Source of the DNA: Selaginella moellendorffii
Taxonomy: Eukaryota > Plantae > Lycopodiophyta
Reading direction: 5' to 3'
Assembly: GCF_000143415.4 (NCBI RefSeq)
Contig: NW_003314288.1
Location: forward strand, 930,735-994,734
DNA length: 64,000 bases
The notes under the pieces were generated by a model that was not told the origin of the DNA, ran no database searches, and saw only the letters and a program-made list of their open reading frames with translations. The position numbers were made by a program, and so were the translations under genes. Below are positions 12,400 through 24,208 of this stretch, in pieces. Numbering within the stretch: the first letter of the stretch is position 1; each line of letters begins with the position of its first letter.

Positions 12400-15100
12400 A
12401 GGATCCTTTGACTATCTCATTTTGAAGCTTTGGAATGCTCAAGGAGTCTTTTCAAACTCAGCAAAGTTGCTGCTTCATATGATGGCCGAGGCTAACTATT
12501 ATCAAGCAGTTCTTTTGATAGAGTTATGCAATCTCATGTGCAAGGCACTACTTTGATAATGTCCTATGACTAAGGAGGAACATGAGATGCATATGAGGCA
12601 AATGCTGCCACTATTGAGGGAGAACAAGCTGTATTCTAAACTGTCAAAGTGTGAGTTCTTCTTGGAGGAGATCAACTATCTTGGGCCACAAGATGGTGTG
12701 CAGGAAGATCCTCAAAAGACTCAGATAGTCGTTGACTAGCTTGTTCCCCCTACTGTGCATGGGTTTCCTTGGTATGGTGGGAGTCTTTTGCCGGTTTGTG
12801 AAGGACTTCTCCTTGATTGCTGCTCCTTTGATGGATATGCTTCGAAACACCACCAAGCATGCTAAGTTGGTGTGGGGTGAAAGTGTCAAGAAGCATTTGA
12901 GCGGTTAAAGCAATCATGTATATTCTACAGAGATTTGCTTGTGATAAGCCACTTGTGGTAGAAGGCTAAGGCTCACACTATGGAGTCTATGTATTCAGAG
13001 GGTATGGCTCATGAGTCCTTTTCTCTTTCTGATCCTAGTGAGGCCATGGGTGTCAGTGTGGACCAAGGAGAGAATGTATCTACTCGTGTTCTAGTTGACA
13101 CTACTGTCACTAAGCTTTCTGAAGGAGTGAAGAAGAATTGTATCAACTCATCTGAGCTGTACGGTTGTTTGTGCAATGAGTTGTGCATAGCCAAGTGCTC
13201 AGTGTCCTCTTTGACTTTGGTGCTACACATACTTTCATTAACAAGGCTAGTGATGAGGGTATAGGAGCTGTCTTGGTGCAAGACTGCTGTCCTATTGCCT
13301 ACATAAGCCACAAGTTTGACGCAACTTAGTTGAACTGCCAACTCGGGTTGTAGTTGTTGCAGTCAAAGAGTGGAGGCATTATCTATATGGTTTGGATTTT
13401 TCATGTGGATAACTTTACCACTTGTCACTCTTTTCACTCGCTAGATAGAGCTTCGAAGCTAGCTAGCTCATTGACTGGAGTTTTTGCAGGAAATGGATGT
13501 GCAGATTCCAAACCACCAGAGGAGTTTAGCTCTGGGGTTTAAGGTGACAAAAACCGATTTCCCGAGGATTCCCGAGTAAAAGTCAAAGGGTAATTTTGAC
13601 TGCAGATTACTCGTGAATACGGAAGATTGATGTTTAAAGCAAAGTTGCTAGGTTTTCCAAGATCTACAACTTTTCTTTAAGACAATTTTCCTGTTTCTGA
13701 AAGGAGTAGACAGTAAAGGTGGTTGTTTCTCCATTGTCTAGGATGGTGAACTCTATCTCATTTGGGAAGCTCTCCAGTGGTTTGCTGGATGAAATTAAGG
13801 AGCTTGCTGACTTTGACTCTTTGTAGTGAAGGCACGTGCAGTTGTTTTGAAGGCCTCTTCCAATGCGATTGTGCTTCCTTCGATGTACAAGATGGTTTCC
13901 TAGTCAAGATAAATCGGGCTATGGTTCCTAGAGATGATGTTCTTTTACAGTGGATTCTGTAAGAGTGTCCGTTGCACCAAGTGCAGGACATCGAGGATGT
14001 GTGTTCTGGTAGAGACGCATTTATTTTGGCCTGGAATGAAATCAGGTGTTGATAAGTATGTGCACAGTTGTTAGACTGGCCTGACGGTCACAATGGATTG
14101 TCAGAAGCATGAAGGTCTCTACCATAGTTAACCTCAATGGAAGTGGGATAGCATTTTCTATGAGTTTCATAGTAGGCACTTCAAGGCAATGATGCTATCT
14201 GGGTTGTTGTGGATTGTGTGATGATGTTGGCTCACTTCTTCCTTGTGAAGATGAATGCTAAGGCTTTTGACCTTGCTCAGCTGTATTTCTCTATGGGCTG
14301 CCTAAGGATGCTGTAAGTGATCGGGATCCCACGTTCACTTTGGAGTTTTGGCAGACGGTGTTCCAGAAGCTTGAGACAAAGCTGAGCATGAACATCCACA
14401 GTCAGATGGACAAACAAAACAAGTTAATTAGGTGCTGGAAGACATGCTGAGATCGATTGTTGGTCATCCGAAGAGGCAAGGTATTTGGGAGAAGTACCTG
14501 CCTTTGTTAGAGTTTGCCCATAACTGTGCCTTCCATTTGGCTATTGAGATGGCTCCGTTTATGGAAATGTATGGCTTTCAACCTCGGTCCCCTGTTGGTA
14601 TGAACTTGGCTACTCTTAAGGTGCACCAGGCAAAGGAGTTGGCTGATGAGCATCGTCAGCACAAGCAGTTTCAGGTTGGAGACAAGGTTTTCCTTCGGTT
14701 GTCTGAAGCTTCTCTTCAAGGTGGAGGTAGTTCTAAGTTGTCGCCATAGTACTGTGGGCCTTGGATTATTCTCAAACGAGTTGAAGACCTTGCCTATCAA
14801 CTAGACTTGCCTAGTGGTGTGAAGATTTCTATGTAGGAAGTTGAAGGCGTGTTTGCATTCTGGTAATATCTTGGACCAGTCTGCGATCAAGATTCCAGAG
14901 ATAGATGTTTGAAGGTTGGCCCTACTTGTGTGTTATAGCAACGGCTAGCACACACACATCATAAGACTTGGAGAGAGTTACTTGTTCAGTGGAATGGTTA
15001 TTCTCCATATGATGCTACATGGGAAGCTGAGGATGATGTTGTTTCCTAATTTTGAGTATGACTTCGATGACATTCCAGAGGAAGAGGAGAAGTAGTCGCT
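12400..15100 (+). mobile_element. Degenerate chromovirus (Ty3/gypsy) remnant: RT, RNaseH and integrase pieces plus chromodomain
   Basis: KLSKCEFFLEEINYLG at about 12640; integrase C-terminus (LPLLEFAHN, FQVGDKVFL, YCGPW) at 14430-14830; chromodomain-like LLVQWNGYSPYDATWEAE at about 14980-15030. Confidence 0.85.
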
Positions 15101-15189
15101 TGCTCCTATCCTTTCTTTTCTGACCCCGTTGATGGCTGGAGGTGTTGTGTCACATGAGACAGTTAGTGGTTTTGTTAGCGGGATGCTTT

Positions 15190-16165
15190 GCTAGCTTCTC
15201 TCTCCTCAGCTACTGTTCATCATAGTTGGAGCAGAGGGAAAAATGTCACCGTATTTCGTGATGAACCAGCTGATTCTGGACCTAGGTCTCTGATCAAAGA
15301 GCCAAATACCAACTGCAAATTTGCATGTGAAGAGGTGTTCAAGCATCTCCACGGGGTTTTCATTGCATAGAATACACAGAGTTTTGTGAACTGTGAGCCA
15401 ATCACCAACAGGGATGCTGTCTTGCACAAGAAGCCAGCTTACCTTAGCTTCCACCAGTGTCTTCCACATGTTCACAATGTACTTCCGATTCTTCAATTTT
15501 CGCATAAGCTTGGTGTCAATTTTATCCATCAAAAGCTCTCTGCCATGCTTAGACCTGTACATAAAAAAAGACACACTGAACTCATTACCTTCCCAGGATA
15601 ACTGAGCCGGATCCTATATAAGATCAGATATAGGTACTCCCAAAACTAGTGTATTGCAGAGCATTCTCCCAGTTGAACCTTAGGATCCAGTTCAGTGTAT
15701 TTCCCTCTCTGATGTATCTTCCTGATCCTTTTACCGAAGGCCATCCTGGGAACTGGGACCTCCTCGGGAACTATACATGGAAACAGTGCACCACTGTTAT
15801 GGGGATAAAAAACAATACCTTGAGGTGATGGGGTTGTTTCCATAACAAAGATGATTTGAGTCTCAGCACCATCAAGCATTATCCAATCACGAACCTCGAT
15901 AACTTCAGTTTGTAAAGCAAGATGAAGGCGATCACAAGCGATGCTGCCTTAAGCTTTGATGTGGAGTTTTCATCCTGGGTTGTAATGGGTTGTCATGAGG
16001 CCATGTTTGCTCCAAGCGGACGTTAAACAAATACCTGACTTTACCTTTTTCATTGTATCATACCTTGTCCACTGCTGAGGAAGAAAAACAAGATCCCAAC
16101 AAGAACTTTGCTGTAAGTGATGGCTTGCTAGCTCTTTGTAGATCAAATAAGTCTTTGATCGAAGC
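15190..16165 (-). mobile_element. LINE (non-LTR retrotransposon) 3' remnant with zf-RVT-like motif
   Basis: Minus ORF 15206-15574 has W-K...KVSWLL...CILC...EMLEHLFTCKFA..IW, the zinc-binding motif found after the RT in plant LINE ORF2. Copies lie at about 45495-46900 (minus) and about 20768-21430 (plus, scrambled). Confidence 0.7.
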
Positions 16166-17091
16166 CTATGCCACCTAGGCCAAAGGCCTCGTTGATTATA
16201 TATGTCGTTGGTGATCAAGTGTTGGTGAGTTATCCGGTGTTGTGGATCCAAGGTTTTTGCTGCGTAGGTCCTTATCACATCGTCCAACAAGTTGGTCCAC
16301 AAATCTATGTGGTTACACTCAATGCACAACGTCAAGAGAAGATCCATGTGAAGCGGTTGAACAGATTAATGTAAGGATTCTACCATATATTCTATGGTAG
16401 ATATAGATAAACTCAACAAGATTGGAATACACTAAATTTTTAATAATAATAAATTAAAAAATTTTAATGTGTATTTATGGAGCCCACAAGAGTAGGAGTG
16501 AGGTGTTATCATATTATGAATCCCACAAGATCAAGAGTGAGAGGTGTTAATCATATTATTTATATGCTCCATATGATCCTGAAGTTTAGGGGGCCCAGGT
16601 AAGTTGGAGGAAAGAAAAAAAAGAATTAATTAGAGTTATTGTGAAATTAGAGTATAAATGTGAGTTAAGAGTTAACACGAGCTAAAAGAGGGAAGTAGGA
16701 ATGCTGGGATGGAGTTCCACCAGGTAGAAAAGACAAGTCATACCTCAAGCCTCAGATTGCTCCCACCCTGCCTCCACCCGGTTGCCTACTTTAACCAAGC
16801 CCCGAACCACCCAGCAGTCTTGGCGCACAGGGATGACATCAGCCCTAACCTCTTGCTCCACTGCTCCTACTTCTGAGCTGCTAGCAGCTTCTCCCCTCCT
16901 TAAAAAAAACGGTCTGTTGTTCTCTTGGGAGTTCAAGAGGCGTCCTCTTCACCGTCTCCTCTGTTTTTGCTAGCTAGTTAGCTCTTACAAGGAGCACAAG
17001 CCAAGTTCAGCTCCATGCTCAGCTCTATCATCTCCTCTTTAAGACACCTCACCTCTTTGAAGCCATTCAGGAGAGCTAGCACGCTTCACGT

Positions 17092-17715
17092 CTAGACGTC
17101 CCCCCCCCCCCCCTCCTTTTTTTGTGCGATTGTCTCTTCAAACTCATCATACTTATTCAACTCACCAACCTTACCAAGCCGAGTGCAGGTTTTGAAACCC
17201 CATGAGTCACCTTGGCCTTTTTCCATCTTCCAGTTGAGCTCTCCAACAATCTTGACGTGCAGATGCGTGCAAACTGCTCCTTGAGCCAGGACCATTTCTC
17301 CAGGAGATAACTTATGCTACAACACTCTCCACTCGATGATCTCAATGTGGAAAGATCCACAAAGCTGTCCCACTCATCATAGTTGTAGAAGAAATCATCC
17401 TCATACTGCATCTGCAACCTTGCTCGAGCCCAAACCTCCACCATTGCAAGCTTCTCCCTCATCTTGATCAGCTCACACTTGAGGTGGCAAAACAAGTTCA
17501 GGTCCTGAGGAACAACACCTTTCCCGGGTACCTGTCTCGAATCCTGTGAAAGTACAGTGGACGATGTGGTGTTTCAGATCGCAGCGGAATGATAACTTGA
17601 TGAAAGCAACAAAACCATTGAGCTCGCTCTTTGGGGATCAATTATCATTTCCTCCTTTGAAGCAATGAGCAGCAGGCCTTGATCACATCCAGAAGTACTA
17701 GAGATAGTCTGCAAA
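17092..17715 (-). pseudogene. Unknown protein-coding remnant (paralog of 47695-48375)
   Basis: Minus-strand reading KCELIKMREKLAMVEVWARARLQMQYEDDFFYNYDEW is shared with copy B; putative acceptor TTTTGCAG near 17712-17719; frameshifted. No family recognised. Confidence 0.35.
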
Positions 17716-18399
17716 AGCAAGTTTGACACCAGTTATTTTGGCAACACAGAAGAAAAAGAAGAAAAATAAACTCAGGTTTCAAAATTTATAGAGATCCATA
17801 CAATCCAAAATCCTCCATGAACTTAATGCCACTTTCAGCACCTCCAAGCTCTGCCGAAAAACGTAGCCACGGTATGCCACAATCATTTGCTTGAAAATCT
17901 GAAGATGTCAATCAAAGCATGCAAGCAAAAACATGAAGTAAAGAAGCGCAGGTTGACAACAAAGGAGATAAACTGAGCAAGGCCAAGAACACATATAAGG
18001 ACTGAATGTAAACACGTGAGGCCTCGCGTGGTTTTTTCCTCCGTGTGTGGCTTCATGTGCGAAGAGTTTGGTGTGGTAAGGTATGTTGTGGAGCAGCCAG
18101 AGCCCCAGGGTGAATATAAGCACGTGAGGCCTTGTGAGGTTTTACCACCACCCGAGGACTCCTGTGTATGGGCCCCAGGCGAGAGTCATTTGCGAAAGTG
18201 TTCTGCATGAAACTGGTGCCCTGAGGCTTCTGGCCGAAGAGCATTTTTTATTTAATTTGTGTAGAGTGTGGTTTATTTTTGCATATTGAGTGTATCGATA
18301 TCTTTTAGTTAGCAGATTATATTGAAGAACTGAAGACTACCTACAGTTAAGTGCATGCAGCAACAGATCATATAAAAAATGAATGAAGAGAATAACAAA

Positions 18400-18710
18400 T
18401 CGGGATTTCTAGGAAGTTCGTGTTGTTAGTAATAATAATAATAATCATAAAAACCTGACGCATGCATACCCTAGAAATCCCGATTTGTTATTACTTAACT
18501 GTAGTAGTAAAAAGCTCGTGTTTTCTGTTTTTTCTTTTTCTAATTCTTTTCCTTTTTAAACTTTACAATGTCACAGTACATGCATAATTTTCAGACAATC
18601 TTCTAACTGGCTGAACATCTAGGGTTTGTGTGGTGTGTGTGTATCTCAACAATCTCATGCAGTGGAAAACGTTTTTCAGGGATCCCACTTTCTGGTGGGA
18701 CAACAGGTTG
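18400..18710 (+). pseudogene. 5' fragment of a third PDF-PPR gene copy, with its promoter/ATG segment locally inverted
   Basis: 18620-18709 encodes GFVWCVYLNNLMQWKTFFRDPTFWWDNR. About 18458-18619 is the reverse complement of the 49144-49392 upstream region, including the ATG. Confidence 0.8.
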
Positions 18711-18883
18711 GGAGCTTTGATCAAAGACTTATTGGATCTACAAAGAGCTAGCAAGCCAAAGTTCTTGTTGGGATCTTGTTTTTCTTCCTCAGCAGTGGAC
18801 AAGGTATGATACAATGAAAAAGGTAAAGTCAGGTATTTGTTTAATGTCTGCTTGGAGCAAACCTGATAGCCTCATGACAACCC

Positions 18884-20877
18884 TGACACAAACCACTGAA
18901 ATATTTTAAGAATATTCCATGGCTTGTGGGATTTAACACTTTATTTGTCAAGAAGTTTGAAGAGGTTGATCTCGTAAACCAGCTGTTAAAGATCAGGCAA
19001 GGGACTTTGTCTTTGGATGTGTATGCCCGCAAGTTCTGCGATCTTTGCTTTAGTTTCATGGGCACCTATATGAGTTGCTGAAGGTGCAATATTTCATCAA
19101 AGGATTGAATTCTATGGATGTGCAATAGAAGGTCAAGAAGGATTTTCCAGCAACATTGACTAATGCTATCACTAAGGCTTAGATCTTTTCGCCCGAACCG
19201 TCAGTCAACTTAGTCAACTCTGGTCAACGAGATGGTCTATGGAGTAGTCAACGTGATGACCAGCTCACCAATGCTTCATATTCGGGGAAGAAATTGTCGT
19301 TATTTTGTTGTGGCTCGAAGCATGAAGATGGCAATGAGGCTAAGAGACTTCATTTGGACCAGCAAAAGAAGGACAATGTAGAGGGCAATTGTTTTCGTTG
19401 CCGCAGGGATGGATATTAGAACAAGGATTGTTTTGAAGGGGTTAATGAATGATAAGATGACTGTGGTGGAAATTATAGGCAATGATGTGAGTGATAGTGC
19501 TTTTGAGGCCGTATTGCTTCAAGTTAAGCATCCTTTCACATTCATAAGCCACAAGTTTGATGCCACATAATGGAATTGACCTACTCGAGAATGGCAATAT
19601 TATCTATATGGATTGGACTTCCATGTAAATTCAAATTATCAATCTCTCCAGATATAGATCTTCAAGGCCGTCTTGCTCGTTGGCAAGAGTCCTTGCAGGA
19701 AATGTTTGTTAAGATCCGGTACAAGCATAGAGGTGACAATAAAGTGGCTAATGCATTATCTAGGATGGTAAATTCTATCTCATTCGTGAAGCTATCCAGT
19801 GATCTCTTGGATGAGCTTAAGGAGTTTGCTGACTTCAACTCCTTTATCACTGATATTCGCACGAAGGTTTTGTTGAAGGACGCCTCTAGAGATTTGAAGG
19901 GTGACAAGTTTGCGTCATTCTAAATATGAGATGGAATCCTGGTGAAGAAGGGACGTGTAGTGGTTCCTCATGTTGCCAAACTCATTAAACAGATTTTAGT
20001 CACATAGAATGTTGGATGAATCTTCAAACTAACTAACAAATCCAAAGTGTATACAAGATCCCCCACATGCTATATGATTGTCCAAGGTCCACAATATTGT
20101 GAAGACAACTTAGCACTGCCACCTCCTTTCAGAGACTATTGTGCATCTAATAGCTTAAGGAAAACTTTGTCACCAACTTTGTACTCTTGATGATGATGAT
20201 GCTTATCACCCAATCTTTTGTCTCACTCTTGCATCCAGCCAATATTCTTGCTCAAAGATTGGTGAAAACATATTGGAAGACAATTAGGGAGTTGTTAGTT
20301 TAGTGGAATAATTATTCCATGGACAAAGTTACATGGGAAACTGAGGATGACACGAAGAAAGTGTTTTCAAGTTTTGGTTATGACTTGGATGACATTCTTG
20401 AGGAAGGGGAGAATTGAGTTCTATAACCGTATTGCTATATGATTTGAGCTGTTTATTCTATTCTCATTCTCTTGTTTCCATGACCGTATTGTCATGTGAG
20501 AAAGTTGTATTGCTTTCTTTCGTTCATTGTTGTTTATCACGACATTGGTGTTGCCGTTTGCACATTTTTTCTCCATGGCCATATTGCCTTGGACTCCCTT
20601 CATATGAGGCTTTTTTAGCTTCTCGAAGCTGTCATATGTGGCTGGGTCATGAGGGAGGGGAAAATGACACGAACCACATGAATATTCTAAGAATATTCTA
20701 TGGCCTGTGGGATTTAAGGCCATAATGCTTTAAGAGTTGGGAGGTTGGCCTAGGGTTCACTCTCTTATTCGTGGATAAAATTGACACCAAGCTTATGCGA
20801 AAGCTGAAGAATCAGAAGTACATTGTGAACATGTGGAAGACACTGGTGGAAGCTAAGGTAAGCTGGCTTCTTGTTCA
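18884..20877 (+). mobile_element. Internally deleted chromovirus with truncated LTRs, internal inversion and AACCC target-site duplication
   Basis: TGACAC...GTGGGATTTAA direct repeat at 18884 and 20665, the second preceded by the PPT GAGGGAGGGGAAAA. Gag knuckle CFRCRRDG at about 19390; RLARWQESLQEM...NKVANALSR at about 19670-19765; integrase C-terminus on the minus strand at about 20000-20260; chromodomain at about 20285-20345. AACCC at 18879-18883 and 20878-20882. Confidence 0.7.
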
Positions 20878-21904
20878 AACCCATTACAACCCAGGATGAA
20901 AACTCCATATCAAAGCTTAAGGCAGCATCACTTGTGATTGCCTTCATCTTGCTTTACAAACTGAAGTTATCAAGGTTCGTGATTGGATAATGCTTGATGG
21001 TGTTGAGACTCAAATCATCTTTGTTATGGAAAAAACCCCATCTCAAGGTATTGTTTTCTATCCCCATAACAGTGGTGCACTGTTTCCATGTATAGTTCCC
21101 GAGGAGGTCCCAGTTCCCAGGATGGCCTTTGGTAAAAGGATCAGGACAATACATCAGAGAGGGAAATACACTGAACTGGATCCTAAGGTTCAACTGGGAG
21201 AATGCTCTGCAATACACTAGTTTGGGGAGTACCTATATCTGATCTTATATAGGATCCAGTTCAGTTATCCTGGAAAGGTAATGAGTTCAGTGTGTCTTTT
21301 TTTATGTACAGGTCTAAGCATGGCAGAGAGCCGCAGGACAGCATCCCTGTTGGTGATTGGCTCACAGTTCACAAAACTCTGTATTCTATGCAAGGAAAAT
21401 CCTTGGAGATGCTTGAACACCTCTTCACATGCAAGTCGTCACGAATAGATCTACCTGTTTCTTCTCCTTGCTCAGCATTGAATGGATCTCCATCCCAATG
21501 CGTAGAGCTCTCTCCCTCTTCTCGCGGACGAGAGTCATTTGCGAAAGTGTTCTGCATGAAACTGGTGCCCTGAGGCTTCTGGCCGTGTTGCCCCACGAAG
21601 TGTTAGTAATAATAATAATAATCATAGAAACCTTGAAAATTATGCATGTACTGATTCTTCAGCTCTTGAGCAACTGATTGCTGCTGGCTCACTTTCTATA
21701 ATATCAAAGAGAATTTTTTTTAACAATAAACATCTAAGCTGCTGCAGTTAAGCTGTGACATTGTAAAGTTTTAAAAGAAAATGAATTTGAAAAAGAAAAA
21801 ACAGAAAACACGAGCTTTTTACTACTACAGTTAAGTAATAACAAATTGGGATTTCTAGGGTATGCGTGCGGCGCTAGGGTTTGTGTGGTGTGTGTGACAA
21901 TCTC

Positions 21905-23590
21905 ATGGAGTTCAGGGATCCCACTTTCTGGTGGGACAACAGGTACAAGAAGAAAAACAAGTTCTTCTCAGAGTCCTACCCGGATTTCAAACATGTTTCT
22001 ACCGGAGAGAGCCTGTGGATCGCCAACAGGAAAACACCAACCTTGGTCTCTGCAACACTCGAGTCGCTCGCTGACCCAGCTATAGGTAAGGCCACCACGG
22101 CCCGCTACAAATCTCCACATACCCCACCTGTAGCTGGTGATGAACCGGTGAGTTTAGGGACGCTGATACACCGCGTGAGAGACTCAGCTGAGAGCAGATC
22201 CCTTTCTTTGGGAAAACAAGCCCATGAAGCTGTGCTCAAGAGTGATGAGCACAAAAGCAACATCTACTTGTTGACGGGATTGATCGATATGTACTGCAAG
22301 TGTGGCGAGCTTGAGGAGGCTCGCAAGATTTTCGACTCCATGGGAACCCGGAGTGTTGTGTCCTACAACGCGATCATCCAGGGCTGCGGCTCGAACGGGC
22401 AACCTGAGCTTGCTCTGGAGTACTACTCTGCCCTGAGAGCTTGTACCACCATTCAACCCAACGATTGGACACATGTCGCGGTGATCAGTGCCTGCTCCAG
22501 ACTTGCTACCGAATCCAGCGAGAAGAGGGAGAGAGCTCTACGCATCGGGATGGAAGTCCATTCAATGCTGAGCAAGGAGAAGAAACAGCTAGATCTGTTC
22601 GTGGCGAATTGCCTGGTAGACATGTACTGCAAGTGTGGCGAGCTTGAGGAGGCTTGCAAGATTTTCCACTCCATGGGAACCCGGAGTGTTGTGTCCTACA
22701 CCGCGATCATCCAGGGCTGCAACACGAACGGGCGAGCTGAACTTGCTCTGGAGTACTACTCTGCCTTGAGAGCTTGTACCACCATTCAACCCAACGATCG
22801 GACTCATCTCGCGGTGATCAGCGCCTGCTCCACACTTGCTACCGAATCCAGCGAGAAGAGGGAGAGAGCTCTACGCATCGGGATGGAGATCCATTCAATG
22901 CTGAGCAAGGAGAAGAAACAGCTAGATCTTTTCGTGGCGAATTGCCTGGTAGACATGTACTGCAAGTGTGGCGAGCTTGAGGAGGCTCGCAAGATTTTCC
23001 ACTCCATGGGAACTCGGAGTGTTGTGTCCTACACCGCGATCATCCAGGGCTGCAACACGAACGGGCGAGCTGAACTTGCTCTGGAGTACTACTCTGCCCT
23101 GAGAGCTGATAACACCATTCAAGCTAATGCTTGCACCTACACCTGCGTCCTTGTTGCTTGCGGGAGTGTGATGGCGATCAAGCTCGGGAGGGAGATTCAC
23201 CAGCTGGCGAAGCATAAAGGGCTGCTGAAAAACGATCCAGTTCTGGGCTCCAGCCTGGTGACCTTCTACGGCAAATGCGGCGATGTTGATTCTGCTCAGG
23301 AAGCGTTTGACGAGTGCCAAGCTCGGGACAACACGGGTCTCTGGAACTCTCTCATACAGGCTTACACTCTCCAGGGCCGATCGATCGAGGCCTTGGAGCG
23401 TTTCTATTCCATGACTCAGGAGGAGGGCTGTAAAGCTGACGATGTGAGTTTTGTCTCGGTGTTGAACGCTTGCAGCCATGGTGGTCTGGTCGGGAAAGGA
23501 AGGCAGCTTCTGGATGAAATGCCCAAGCAGTATGGAGTCAAGCCACGTCTGGAGCATTATGTATGCCTGATCGATATGCTCGGGCGAGCT
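21905..23590 (+). CDS. PDF-motif PLS-PPR protein, paralog A (3 S-P units; 3' end, probably E/DYW, lies in the assembly gap; 5' end lesioned)
   Basis: Near-identical to 49387-52459. The 333-bp unit anchor ATGTACTGCAAG occurs at 22289, 22622 and 22955. The ATG at 21862 runs into TGA after MRAALGFVWCV; the next ATG at 21905 opens MEFRDPTFWWDNR...YPDFKH. Confidence 0.8.
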
Positions 23591-24208
23591 NNNNNNNNNN
23601 NNNNNNNNNNNNNNNNNNNNNNNNNNNNNNNNNNNNNNNNNNNNNNNNNNNNNNNNNNNNNNNNNNNNNNNNNNNNNNNNNNNNNNNNNNNNNNNNNNNN
23701 NNNNNNNNNNNNNNNNNNNNNNNNNNNNNNNNNNNNNNNNNNNNNNNNNNNNNNNNNNNNNNNNNNNNNNNNNNNNNNNNNNNNNNNNNNNNNNNNNNNN
23801 NNNNNNNNNNNNNNNNNNNNNNNNNNNNNNNNNNNNNNNNNNNNNNNNNNNNNNNNNNNNNNNNNNNNNNNNNNNNNNNNNNNNNNNNNNNNNNNNNNNN
23901 NNNNNNNNNNNNNNNNNNNNNNNNNNNNNNNNNNNNNNNNNNNNNNNNNNNNNNNNNNNNNNNNNNNNNNNNNNNNNNNNNNNNNNNNNNNNNNNNNNNN
24001 NNNNNNNNNNNNNNNNNNNNNNNNNNNNNNNNNNNNNNNNNNNNNNNNNNNNNNNNNNNNNNNNNNNNNNNNNNNNNNNNNNNNNNNNNNNNNNNNNNNN
24101 NNNNNNNNNNNNNNNNNNNNNNNNNNNNNNNNNNNNNNNNNNNNNNNNNNNNNNNNNNNNNNNNNNNNNNNNNNNNNNNNNNNNNNNNNNNNNNNNNNNN
24201 NNNNNNNN
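23591..24208. other. Assembly gap (618 N)
   Basis: Run of N. The equivalent interval in paralog B (about 52460-53368) holds the end of S2, E1-E2-DYW and the 3' flank. Confidence 1.

Noticed and set aside
16380-16402. 9-bp hairpin TCTACCATA...TATGGTAGA (also at about 47105)
   Set aside because: AT-rich and not followed by a CTRR end; insufficient for a Helitron terminus.
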